A stretch of 58,262 bases of DNA, the filler included, from Basidiobolus ranarum (taxonomy: Eukaryota): assembly GCA_040143965.1 (NCBI GenBank). It is 9 parts of 9 records of this genome, joined end to end, with 100 filler letters (N's around TTAATTAATTAA, not from the genome) between each part and the next. Parts side by side here need not be neighbours in the genome. Positions count along the whole stretch, not along the records: positions 6,497 to 12,885 come from JASJQH010001326.1; positions 12,986 to 19,374 come from JASJQH010001327.1; positions 19,475 to 25,860 come from JASJQH010001328.1; 6 more parts are not named here. One strand, given 5' to 3'. Both the position numbers and the translations under genes were made by a program. Positions within the stretch are counted from its first letter, which is position 1. Every line of letters begins with the position of its first letter. Of the stretch, positions 11,428 to 22,620 are shown piece after piece. The notes below the pieces were generated by a model. That model did no database searches. It was given only the letters and a program-made list of their open reading frames with translations, and had not been told where the DNA came from.

Positions 11428-11978
11428 TTAGATCAACTGGTTGTTCTTTCAGTGGGAATCCTTAGCAAAGTATACATATACCGCTGCTGGATGTTATTGA
11501 AGCCACCCTCATATCGACATGACGTAATATTTGGGCAATCAGATGACGATACATCCCCTCTCTGCCATATTGTCCAAACGTCTTTTTGTTAAATCTTATG
11601 AAATCTCAGTAGAGCAGATTAGCATGTTTTTGGCACGTCGACCTAGTAATATTATGGTATTGGCGAAGAGTCCATTCAACCTTGATAGTTGTTGGTCCGA
11701 GTATTTATTGTAGAAAATGAGAGCATTTAGCCACTTCATCGAATTTACTCAGCTTAGCTTCTGATTTTCATAACATTCGATGATCAGGATCAAGTTCTGA
11801 TTGGGATTAGAGGTAAATAGTCCGAGAATTTCACGATGAGTCTATTTTTTTTAATTTTTTTTTCCCTTTTCGGGGCACTAAGTTTTTTTTCTTGTTTGAT
11901 TTATTGAACACATTGTTAGTTCGAACGAATTTTGCTGAGCAACTTGACATAGACATTTTTAGATAGACTACGTACATA

Positions 11979-12885
11979 ATGACTAAAAAGAAGACACTGT
12001 CCAAACAATTTCACAACTCGCTTAACACACAAGTCGCCGAGGCTGTTGTAGCAAAGTTTGATAATGATGCTGATTTGTTCGCCATTGTAACTCAAGCGGT
12101 TGATCGTCACCGTCTTAGAGTATTCGACACACATACCGGTACCTTGAAATCCGAATTCTCTTCCGAATCTGAACGCAAGTTTACTTCCATGTCTTGGGGT
12201 GTTGCCCAAATTGAAGGAATATTGAGCGAGTCCACTGTAAGTCACTTTGAAACCAAATATATACCTATTACGGGTGGTCTAAAGTACTTTCTATTTTAGG
12301 AGACATCCGGAAGAAAGAAGAGAAGAGCCTCCAGAATTCAAACTGCTACTACTTCCAAAGTGGTTGCTCTTGGTCTTGAGAATGGTTCAATCATTATTTA
12401 TTCTATCGCGCTCGGTTCTATACAAAAAACTTTGAGTGGAGCTCATACTTTGCCTGTGCGTGACTTTATTTTCAATCAAAATGGGGAAAGAGGCTATTCT
12501 TGTGCTCAGGATGGCTTTATTGTTGAATGGGATTTGAAGACTAGCTCTGTTGTCAGGTATAGTATATTCAACTATCAGAGTTCAAATCAATGCATGTGCT
12601 AATTGGTATTTCTTTTAGAAAATGGAAGAGTGAAATCAAGGACATTCACACAATCAGTCTCAGCCACAACGAATCGGTCCTTGCGGTTGCTGCCCATAGC
12701 ATTGAGCTCTGGGATCTAGAGTCGCAGACAGTTATCAAGGTTTCTATTGAATTTTGTATGATGGTTATTCTCTTTACAATCCTAAATCATCTTGAAATCA
12801 TAGAAATTCATCGGACACGCTAGTGTGATTACTAATTTGGCGTTCTCCCCTAACGATGAAATATGTGCATCATGTGCTGAACATG
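11979..12885 (+). CDS. UTP5: WD40 protein, U3 snoRNP/SSU processome Utp5/WDR43-like, 3'-partial, multi-exon
   Basis: FAIVTQAVDRHRLRVFDTHTGTL, a basic RKKRR loop, VALGLENGSIIIYSIALG, GYSCAQDGFIVEWDL and IELWDLE..IKKFIGHASVI; the layout matches the WDR43 N-terminus. Confidence 0.72.
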
Positions 12886-12985
12886 NNNNNNNNNNNNNNN
12901 NNNNNNNNNNNNNNNNNNNNNNNNNNNNNTTAATTAATTAANNNNNNNNNNNNNNNNNNNNNNNNNNNNNNNNNNNNNNNNNNNN
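12886..12985. other. Artificial contig spacer
   Basis: N44-TTAATTAATTAA-N44. Confidence 0.99.
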
Positions 12986-15120
12986 ATTCACTTGAATTGA
13001 GAACATTTCTCATCCAAGATATAGCTGATTAGCAAGACTTATAGTCCCATATAGGCCTTCAAATGTTTCACAGTAGTTTTGACATTTTTAGCTGAGTGTA
13101 TGAGCTGTGATTGATAGGCTCTGAGTTGTAGACAATGGGCAGAGAGAGCTTTTGTCTGCATCTTGTAAAAAAAAAGGAAAGCTGCCAGTAGTCCCATTTG
13201 CTCTATTTCCTCTCCTGTAATATATCCCAAAACATCCTTGTCTTCCAGCAGCATTTGCATTGAGAACTTACAGTGATGAAAATCTTCACCATTAAACTTC
13301 TTGGTGGATGCAAGATTGTTGGTTACAGACAATATCAGGGTGCTTTGTGTCAACAAATACATATGATTGCTCCATCCAGTTCTATTCTATATAGATTTCC
13401 ATTCAGAAAGGCTGCTTTGACTTCCATGTGATGTAAATCAAGATTATGGATGGCTGAGAGTGCCAGGATCAATATAATGGTGTTAAGCTTAGCTGCTGGA
13501 TCAAAAGTTTTGTTAAAACTGACTCCTAGGATTGATGAATGACCCTTCATAGCTCATCATCTTTGTACCTCTCTATGGTTCCAGCAGCTTGGTTTCTGAC
13601 TTGGTAGACCAATTAGCAACCTATTAGCTATCTCCCCAATGGTAGAGGACTTGAAACCCATGTTTTGATATCCTGAAGTGAAAAAAATCCATTAGACTTT
13701 GCTTTTCCCCACAATCTAGATTCTGGACACTCCAGTGCTGGATCTGATTCTGCAGCTCAGCACAGAATGCTGCATAAGCATAGACATTATTATTGGAGGT
13801 TTTCACCAGTTTCTTGGTTTTTTTTCCTTCTGGAAGTTCTTCTAGGTCCCAAATCATCCTTTGATATAATGGGGGCCAGAAGCATGGTTGAGTTGTGCTC
13901 AAATACAGCTAGAATTTTGTCACACACTTCCTGAGTAGTGCTGATTATGTTTTCTGAATTAAGAACACTGATTTGAGAAAACAAATTTGCTGTTACATCA
14001 GAAATTGCATCTCCACACATTGTTAATGGCTGATTGCTGGAGTCAATCAGTCTGTAGCCTTTGAATCCATCACAGTAACTAATAAATATGCATTTTCTGC
14101 TTTTGGGATCCAAAGTATGCTATGCAACCAAAGATACTGAGATAATCCACACTTGGTTTTGATATGTATAGGGCTTCAACTGGAGAGAAATTTTGTAGTA
14201 ATCTTATTGGTCATTTGTTTCTGATATAGGCAGCAGTGCAGACAGATTCAGCCCAACATTTGTAATCTAACTTTTGAACTGGTGATATTGATCTTGTCAT
14301 CTTTGCTATTGCCCAATTAGCAGATTCTGCAACTCCATCTTGCTCTCCAATATAAGATAAAGTAGTTTGTCACTTAATTCTATGTTTAGAACAAAAGCTA
14401 GCAAAGTCTTCAGAGCTATATTCCCTACCATTATGAGCTCCTAGTTGCTTTATTTATTGTGTGGAATTTTTCTCTAACATTGCTTTATTGCGCTTAAATG
14501 TGGTCAAGGATTCAGGTTGTCATTTGCGAAAGAATACCCAAGGATATCTTGTTTTGTCATTATTAAAGATCACAAAGTTCCTTTTGTCACCTAGTGAGAC
14601 ATTTTGCAGGGGCCACATTAGTCAAAATAAAACAGCACAAAATGCTGAGGGGAGTTGATCTTACCAGAGCTTTGCAGTGGCTGTGTGTGATGTTTTCCAT
14701 ACATGTAACCATCACACATATCCAATTAGGTGATATTTTCAGTTTCTAAGCCTGAAGCAGGCTCATTTTGGTTCATTTGGGTAAGTTTTTGTTCTCCAAT
14801 GTAGCCTAATCTTGTATGCCATGTTTGAAAGTTTATTTCTCAGGCTTTGGCTAAGTTTGCATGCCCCAAATGCAATATATTGTTTTCTAGCTTGGATTAG
14901 TTTTGAGTCTTGATCCCAATAGCCTATTTGATGTTATTCTAATCTGCAATAGTGCATCTAGCCACGCTGAGCACAAACTTTAGTCCCTGAGCTGGGGCTT
15001 GGCTCACTAAAAATATATTCTTGGCTATATTTGGTATGCCAGGTAAACTTTTCCATGTTGCAGATGGTGTTGCTGAATTGCTGTCAAAGTTGGGTACAAT
15101 TGTGCCCTTACCAACTTCAT
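12986..15120 (-). mobile_element. Degenerate Ty1/Copia relics (GAG-pre-integrase, integrase, RT start, then a gag fragment of a second copy)
   Basis: WHTRLGYIG (~14820), QDGVAESAN and WAESVCTAAYIRN (integrase), LDPKSRKCIFISYCDGFKGYRLID, HHMEVKAAFLNGNL (RT HQMDVKTAFLNG) and KFNGEDFHHCKFSMQMLLEDKDVLGYITG (gag N-terminus); many stops. Confidence 0.9.
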
Positions 15121-15149
15121 CTCTGTGCCTAGTCTTAGTTTAGTTGACC

Positions 15150-17230
15150 GTAACAAGTATAAGCAATTTGATCCATATTGGATCCACCCTTCTGAATCCT
15201 AAAACAATCACAGAACCATCAAAATATTGGTGGCTAGCATTCTGCCAGGAATTCTGATGGCATGACAGCAGCTTCTTGATTGTATATGGACAATATTCAG
15301 ACATGATGAAATATTGATCCCCATATTTGACAAGAGTTATTTAATTTGAGGCAATTTTGGCAAAAATCTAATTTTTGAATGGCCAATTACTGGGTTTACT
15401 GTGGTAGGAATTCAAATTGGTAAGCATGCCTTTTGTAGATATTATTGGCCTTATATACCTTCCACAATGAGAATCAAAAGATACAAGAATCTCATTTTGT
15501 TTAGTCTGTACATATGCACATACTTGACTGATCAGACATAACTCAACAATATCAAAATACTTTACAAGCAAGCCATTGGTGGAAAAAAGGCTAAATATTG
15601 GATGTTTTGAATAGCACTGAAACTTGGCAAATAGCTAACTCTTGTTACCATTCATAATGAGAATAAGCTCTTGGATTTGAGCAAATTTCCATAAAGTGTT
15701 TGCCCAAAATATCCCCAACTTGCATTCAACAGATGTCCTGCCATAAGTAGATGGTCATTGCTTGAATAGATTACCCCAAGGCTAAAACAATAATATTGCT
15801 TATCTTGATCTATCTCACCAAGAAGTCTGTCTTGCAGCTTTCCAAAAAATATTATCAGATTATTACACAAACAAATTAGTCTAAATTACAGGAGTGCTTA
15901 CTCTGTGTCCATGGATTGGGCCTTGTTGCTGTTATTGTGCTCAAACAATGCAAAAATCTGTGAGCACATTGAAAAAAGCCCTATGTTAGAAGGTTAATAT
16001 ACTCTGGAGTCCCCTTAACCGATTGCATTACATCTAACACTGATTCTGCTGATACATTGTCAAGCAGATTAGCATATGGTAATAATTTCACACAGAGCAT
16101 CATTGCACCACAGCTGCACTCCATTGGGAACTCCCAGAATTTATCATCAGGGCCTATAATCTCTAAGCATTGTGAAAGATTCAGCAGGGAATGTATTGAA
16201 TACCAGCATATATTCAGTCTATCTGCTTTAAACCTGTAATAAAATTTTTCATGTTCAATTACAGAATCTTTGCAAAGTCACTGTATCTGCCTGAGATCTG
16301 CCAATGTGGGGTAATGCCATTAGAATATATTAACAATATTGACAAACAACTCCCAATGTTGCCAATACCTATCAGGCAGAAATCTTTTCAGGATTCCACT
16401 TGAATATATACAAATCCATAACTTTCAATCTTTGCATTTTTATAAACACCTAGAGGAGTGGATATTGATGGGAGTCCTGGTTAAGTATAATGGTGTGTAA
16501 GACAATTTCATATGGAGCAGCATTTCACTGCAAGTGTGCTCCATTGGGAACTCCCAGAATGTATAGCAGGGGCCAATAATCTCTAAGCATTGAGAAAGAT
16601 GCAGCAGGGAATGTATTGAGCACTGGCATAGATTAAGTCTATCTTCTTTAAACCTGGAATAAAGTTTTGCATATCCAACAACAGAATCTTCACACAGTTG
16701 CTGTACCTGCCTGAGATCTGCCAATGTGAGTTGATGCAATAAGAACATATCAGCAATATTTACAAACAACTCCCAATGTTGCCAATACCTATCAGGCAGA
16801 AATCTTTTCAGGATTCCACTTGAATATATACAAATCCAAAACTTTCAGTCTTTGCATTTTTATAAATACCTAGATGAGTGGATATTGATGGGAGTCCTGG
16901 TAAAATATGATGGCATCTTGATGTTTTCAAGCATTTTCCCATTTAATTCAAACTTTGATCCTATCTCAACTGGCTCATTCATATTGAATTTTGCACTCTA
17001 TAGCTGAGCAAGTAGTATTTAATGTTGTTAATTAGTAAGTGTATAGAACCTGTTGGGAAGCTCTGGCTCCATCTGATCCCCTTTAGCAACATAATCTTAG
17101 GCTACACAGCAATTACAAAGTTTGATGCCAGACTGACTATTTGGTGATTTGATATAAGTGATCATGTTGAAATCTGATCAGCTCTTGATGGTAAAATCAT
17201 GGAGTTTAGTAATGTATTTGGATAGTAGCA
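15150..17230 (-). mobile_element. Degenerate CACTA/EnSpm (Tnp2-family) transposase 3' region, with a 420-bp internal tandem duplication
   Basis: IHSLLHLSQCLEIIGPCYTFWEFPMEHTCS matches the Tnp2 motif H.L.H....I...GP....W.FPMER. Colinear with 32950-34580. Positions 16081-16500 are repeated at 16501-16920. Confidence 0.8.
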
Positions 17231-17239
17231 GTGCATATG

Positions 17240-19040
17240 CCTTATTGAGTAGACTCCATTGCTTTGACAAAATCTTGCACATGACTGGCTCCCAATATCA
17301 GGGAACTGTAGATCAATGCATATGCAAAGAACACAACCCAAATTTTATGTACTTACCACTTGAATGCTAATTTGTCACCTTCAAAATTCCTAGTTTCTTG
17401 TGTATATTCTCCTATATATTTTGATAGAGTTCTTCATACCCATGGTTTAGCTCATATTCAACACAAGTTTGTATCAATATCTCCATCAAAGCCCACCATT
17501 GTATTAATGTTGCTGAATCAACATTCTTCCAGCTATCTGGCAGATACAATGCAATATTGTACCACTCTGTATTAAGTTCTTCCCAGATATCTGCATGGTC
17601 AGCACCTGACTGAATGTCAAGTTGAATGTTCTTCTTCTGAAGCCACTTCCTACATATGTGCACAGTGTTTTTCCTTTCATACTTTTAAAAGTACTCCTCA
17701 AGCACTTTTACTATTTTCATATATCATTGTAGTGTGACAGAGGGAGCTTTGTGGTGTTTGTGTGGCTTTTTGCTTGCCTCTAACTTTGGGCCTAATTTCA
17801 ACACTTTGAAAAGTACCAGTTGAGGTTGGAGAGTTGTGAGTCTATATACTGATTATTGGCTTGTTGAGAAAAGCCAAGTGTTGGCTAAATGTATGCATTT
17901 AGCACTCTTCCAACTGGTGTACCCAGTTCCATGGTGAAATTTAAGCTTTTTTACAGTAGATCTGACTGTGGAAATGCAGATCTTTGTGATGGTGTGAAGA
18001 ATTTGGTCAGTGGAACAGTAAAGCCTAAACTCACTGGCTCCTTTGCTTTTCCCTTAGGCTTACTAGCTTCCTGCCTCTTGAGTACCTCTTTAGCTGCTAT
18101 TCTTTCTTTTCCAAGTCTATAATTGTGTACATTTTCAAGATGTTTCATGAATAGGCCTATACTAGCCCATTTGCCATTTGCTGGCAAAAACCAAGGATAA
18201 ACAACATGAAATAAGTCAAGAACCTTCAGAGTAATGCATGGTTTTTGGTTCTTCCACAATTGGGTCAAATCCAGGTGATTTTGGGCAAGATTTTGTGCGG
18301 TTTCCAAAATGATTGACTACTCATCATCAGCACAAGTGACAGCAGCACTGACATTTAGTGTCTTTTGGTTTGCTGGTTTTCCTATGAAATTTTTCTTTCA
18401 TGTGCCCAAGCAATTTTATGTTATTGTGTAGGCTTAAAGGTCCAACTCATATTCTGCTTGGCTAGATTGTGATGTTGATGTTCATATGTTTGGTGAGGGA
18501 TTCATTGAAGTCCCATATGAGAATGAATGAAGGGAGCAGCATGTTGCTGTAGCACCAATACAGCATTCTGAAGGGCTTGTATCATTCTTGAGTGACTCTC
18601 TAACTGTTGACTAGCTGCTTTCAAATGCTGCATTAATTGTAATATTGCAGTGTTATTGCTTGTCTTGGCCTGTATAGCAACTTTGTAGTTTTTACTTATG
18701 ATTGCATACAAATAATTATGGTGTTCTGCCTGTGATTCCACTATTGTAACAATTCTATCTAAATTTTGTGCAGAGAGCTTTTCAATAGTGGGCAAAGTAG
18801 CCATTTTAGTAGTTGATGATCTTGATGGTGTTTTGGTTGAACTTTGCTCAACTATTGATTTACTACGTAATTGGGGGATGATAATCTCTTCACTTGCACT
18901 ATTGCTGGAAAGGAACACATCTGGTAAATTTTTTAATGCTTCATCATTAGTTGAGTAAGTATCCCGCATGTTAATGCCTTCCAATGTGGATAGTGGATAG
19001 ATAGATGCCTCATCAATTAAGTCCTCTGTGGAGTTTCCAA
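17240..19040 (-). repeat. Dispersed repeat carrying decayed accessory ORF(s), probably the second gene of the CACTA-like family
   Basis: Colinear with 37040-38829. The peptide EEIIIPQLRSKSIVEQSSTKTPSR..KMATLPTIE...LQNAVLVLQQHAAP recurs at four places, always near Tnp2 relics. Confidence 0.75.
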
Positions 19041-19049
19041 TAGAGCACA

Positions 19050-19374
19050 CCTGTGATGAAGTGATACTTGGTGTGAAATTGTCAGTATTGCCATATGTAA
19101 ATCTGGTTAATAATGTATCAGCAAAATCAGCAATGGATGGAATGTAATGGGTCAAACAGACTCTGGCATATATTAACCTTCCAACAAAGGGCTCTTTTCA
19201 ATGAGCTCACAGGTTTTTGCATTGGATGAGTACAACAACAGCAACAAAGCCTAATCCATGGACACAAAGTAAGTACCTCAATAATTTGGACCAATTTGTG
19301 TGTGTGTTATTCTGATGATATTTCCAGGAAAGCTGCAAGACACACTTCTTGGTGAGATAGATCAGGATATGCAG
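19050..19374 (+). mobile_element. Further fragment of the Tnp2-like transposase 3' region, inverted relative to 15800-16100
   Basis: Reverse-complement match to 15800-16095 and 33600-33900. Contains GTAAGT...TTTCCAG intron-like signals before GKLQDTLLGEIDQD. Confidence 0.75.
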
Positions 19375-19474
19375 NNNNNNNNNNNNNNNNNNNNNNNNNN
19401 NNNNNNNNNNNNNNNNNNTTAATTAATTAANNNNNNNNNNNNNNNNNNNNNNNNNNNNNNNNNNNNNNNNNNNN
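19375..19474. other. Artificial contig spacer
   Basis: N44-TTAATTAATTAA-N44. Confidence 0.99.
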
Positions 19475-19928
19475 ATCTTTGATAAGGTGTCTCCTAGGGC
19501 GGAACTTTTGCGGGGCAAAGGATCAACGATATTTTGGATGCATATATAGCAACCTTACGCTATGACCCTATGCTAAAGCCTCTCAATTTAATTGTATTTA
19601 CCGATGGTGAAGCGAACGATGAGCCCAAATTACACGCTGTGATTGAAGAACACATTACAAGGATCATCCAACGTGGCCAAGTTACGTTGCTCATCAATTG
19701 GGTATTGAGTTAGTGAAGGTCGATGATGACTGGGAGGCGACGGCACATCTTCAACGTCTTGAAGAAGAGGTCAGTAGACATCACTTGAGTTTCCAGAGAG
19801 ACATTACGGATGTCACCCCAACTCTAAACATTTCAAGAATGGATTTTGAGATAGCGGTTCAGATTCTACTCAGTGAAATCGATGCCCGAGTGAACGGTTA
19901 CATGAGACAGCGCAGAATCAATGTTTGA
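19475..19928 (+). pseudogene. von Willebrand factor A (vWA) domain gene, 5'-partial, two apparent frameshifts
   Basis: IFDKVSP / GGTFAGQRINDILDAYIATLRYDPMLKPLNLIVFTDGEANDE...IIQRG / YVAHQLGIELVKVDDDWEATAHLQRLEE..RDITDVTP, matching the fungal vWA motif KPLNLIVxTDG. The frame changes near 19497 and 19680. Confidence 0.75.
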
Positions 19929-21093
19929 AGACATTAAAGAAAGTAATATGTAAATAAAATAGATGGAAAAGATTTGAAATGATGGATTTGATGGAGTTTT
20001 TAAATGGTCTCGTCGATGGTAATCATAATTTCTGCTGAACTGATGACACTTATATTAAGTTTAGAATAAATTGAGTAGGTATACGCTAATCTATGGAACC
20101 TGATAATCAAAACGGTGTAGTATCTTATTTGGATACGCTGATGTAGTTTTTAGTCTTGGATTTTTGCGATATGAGACCCTAATTTTGAATCTTAGTATCC
20201 CACATATTCATAAGATTAATGTACAATTAGACTCCAGCATAGAAGTGCCAGAATCTATATAATATAACATTGTCGCACAATAGCTGGATCTTTTATAGCT
20301 GGGGTAGGGAATGGTTGTATTAAAGTTCAGACCGAAATTAAATCTGATAGAAGTCAAGGATCCCTTGCCATCACTCGATTGACTTCAATGAGTGGATGGC
20401 AACGGAGACGAGGGCCAGTAAATATGAAGAATGGAGGGCACTACGACGGTGGCCACCAAAGACTGTCACGAAACACTATCGAAGTCAGTCCAAAATGTAC
20501 ATGCTGCTTCTACGGGAGCGACATCAGCGTACCACAGTTGCTGATAGATTGATGAGAGTTTGTGTTGGTGTAACCTTGAAATTAAGGACGGTGACATCTG
20601 CCGCCTATTTAGGACGTCGTCATAAATACAGATTCACGGGTGGGTCACAGTGATTGATATGTCTTCCATCAGTCATGTAAGATACACAAGTTCCATCCAG
20701 ATACATAGTCACAATTGGTTGTGTATGGAATTGGGTGGTGCCAAACGATCCTTTCCAAATCGAGTCAGTTGGTCACCTCGATATGGTGTCACTTGCATAC
20801 GCTTTGGAGTGCACCAAATTCCAGATAGGTGATTTAGAGATACATATATATATATACGTTAAGGAGAAGATGGATCGTTTGACCTGGGTGTTAGCTTAGT
20901 AGCTTCACTGGTAGCTTTGTCAGTGTTGGATATTCCGTGCTGTATGCGATTTGTTCGGGAAAATGCAGATTATAGGAGTTATGTTCGGTCCGTAGAGTTG
21001 ATCTACAGCAACTCGTCGCAAAAATACAAGCCGCTTGCTAGATATATATAAGCGGTGATTTCTAATAGAACTGCACGCTCACACTGGGTAAAA

Positions 21094-22620
21094 ATGGTGA
21101 TTATTGATGCGCTTAAATCTTTTCTAAACGTGGATGCTGTGCAATTCACGCTCGCTATAGTCATTGCCTGGGGTGTCGCGACCTCATGTTGGAATGCTTA
21201 CAAGAGAAATAAACGCCTTCCACCTCTGGTTCCATACACTAGTCCTGTTGCAGGCAGTACCGCCGAATATATTCAAAATCCTCGCCAATTTGTGGACAAA
21301 ATATTTGAGAAATATGGTAGCGTCGTTCGGGTTAATATATTTGGTCGGATATTAGTGGTCTTGGATTATGAATTTTCAAGAATGCTATTTACAACCCCAG
21401 ACTGGAATTTCGATAAAGGTACACAAGAGAATACCAATCTAGATTATCATCTACGTTTGGGCACGCATACCACAACTGCCACATCACATGCCGCCGTTGC
21501 CACTTACATCACGCCAAATCTTAAGAAATATACTCCGCGCGTGGTCAAGCAATTGGATCGAATTATTAAGCTTCGGGTTGGAGAGACTATCGAAACGGTT
21601 ATAATTGACAATCCAAAGAAACTCTTCCAAGAAATGATAGCTAATGCTATGGCTAATGTTTTCGTAGGAGAGCATCTATCGAATGACCCCCAGATGGTCG
21701 ATGTCTTTATGCAGCTATCGGGCGACATCAACACCATGATTCTACGTTGGAGAAGTTCTACATTCAAACCGTGGGAGAGGCTCAAGAGTAGATTCAACAG
21801 TATTGTTGACAAACACAGGGATATCCTACTGAAGAAACTGAACACCGACAGCGATCGCCGAATTAAGCAGAAAGAGGAAATGGGCCCAGAAAAATGGGAA
21901 AAAGAAAAGCCACTGGATGTGATCCAAGGGATGATGGACAAGTCTATCCAAGAACGGGGTGCACCGAATCTGAACGAGTCCATTTACACCACAATGGGCT
22001 TGATCTTTGCGTCCGTGGATACTACTACTACAGGCAGTTCTTGGGTACTATTCATGCTTGCCAAGCATACGGAGTATCATCAGGAGTTGCTGGAAGAGAT
22101 TAAGAAGTGCGTTGAGGCTAATCGCTCCGAGGAGGGTGAACTTGGGGTGGATGCGATAAAATCTATGGTGAAACTAGACAGCTTCTGCAAGGAGGTACTG
22201 CGCATAAGGGGAGATGGTATTGTCCTAAATCACAAGGCCACAAAAGATGTGATTCTCCCCAATGGAGTACTGATACCAAAAGGAATCCACGTAGCTACGG
22301 CAATGTATCGTACCCATATTAATGACGAGATTCAGATTGGTGGACCAGCAAATGAGTTCCGCCCCTTCAGGTTTGTGGGCGAAAACAAGTCGGCCACCAA
22401 GGTTGCAGGTGACTGGATTCTGTTTGGACTTGGGCGTCATGCTTGCCCTGGCCGATTCCTTGCCATCCAAGAAATTAAAACAATCGTGTGCCTCATCTTG
22501 GGCAACTATGAAATCTCTCTCCCTGATGGAGATTTCAAATACCCTAACTTGGCATTTACCTTCAATTTACCTCCTATTGGCCGCATTGCATTCAAACGCC
22601 GTCCTGAACCGATCTTTTAA
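21094..22620 (+). CDS. Cytochrome P450, intronless, resembling the ent-kaurene-oxidase/CYP512-type clan
   Basis: N-terminal TM anchor, I-helix LIFASVDTT, ExxR (EVLR), PERF-like FRPFRF and heme motif FGLGRHACPGRFLA. First ATG at 21094. Confidence 0.96.
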   Translation: MVIIDALKSFLNVDAVQFTLAIVIAWGVATSCWNAYKRNKRLPPLVPYTSPVAGSTAEYIQNPRQFVDKIFEKYGSVVRVNIFGRILVVLDYEFSRMLFTTPDWNFDKGTQENTNLDYHLRLGTHTTTATSHAAVATYITPNLKKYTPRVVKQLDRIIKLRVGETIETVIIDNPKKLFQEMIANAMANVFVGEHLSNDPQMVDVFMQLSGDINTMILRWRSSTFKPWERLKSRFNSIVDKHRDILLKKLNTDSDRRIKQKEEMGPEKWEKEKPLDVIQGMMDKSIQERGAPNLNESIYTTMGLIFASVDTTTTGSSWVLFMLAKHTEYHQELLEEIKKCVEANRSEEGELGVDAIKSMVKLDSFCKEVLRIRGDGIVLNHKATKDVILPNGVLIPKGIHVATAMYRTHINDEIQIGGPANEFRPFRFVGENKSATKVAGDWILFGLGRHACPGRFLAIQEIKTIVCLILGNYEISLPDGDFKYPNLAFTFNLPPIGRIAFKRRPEPIF

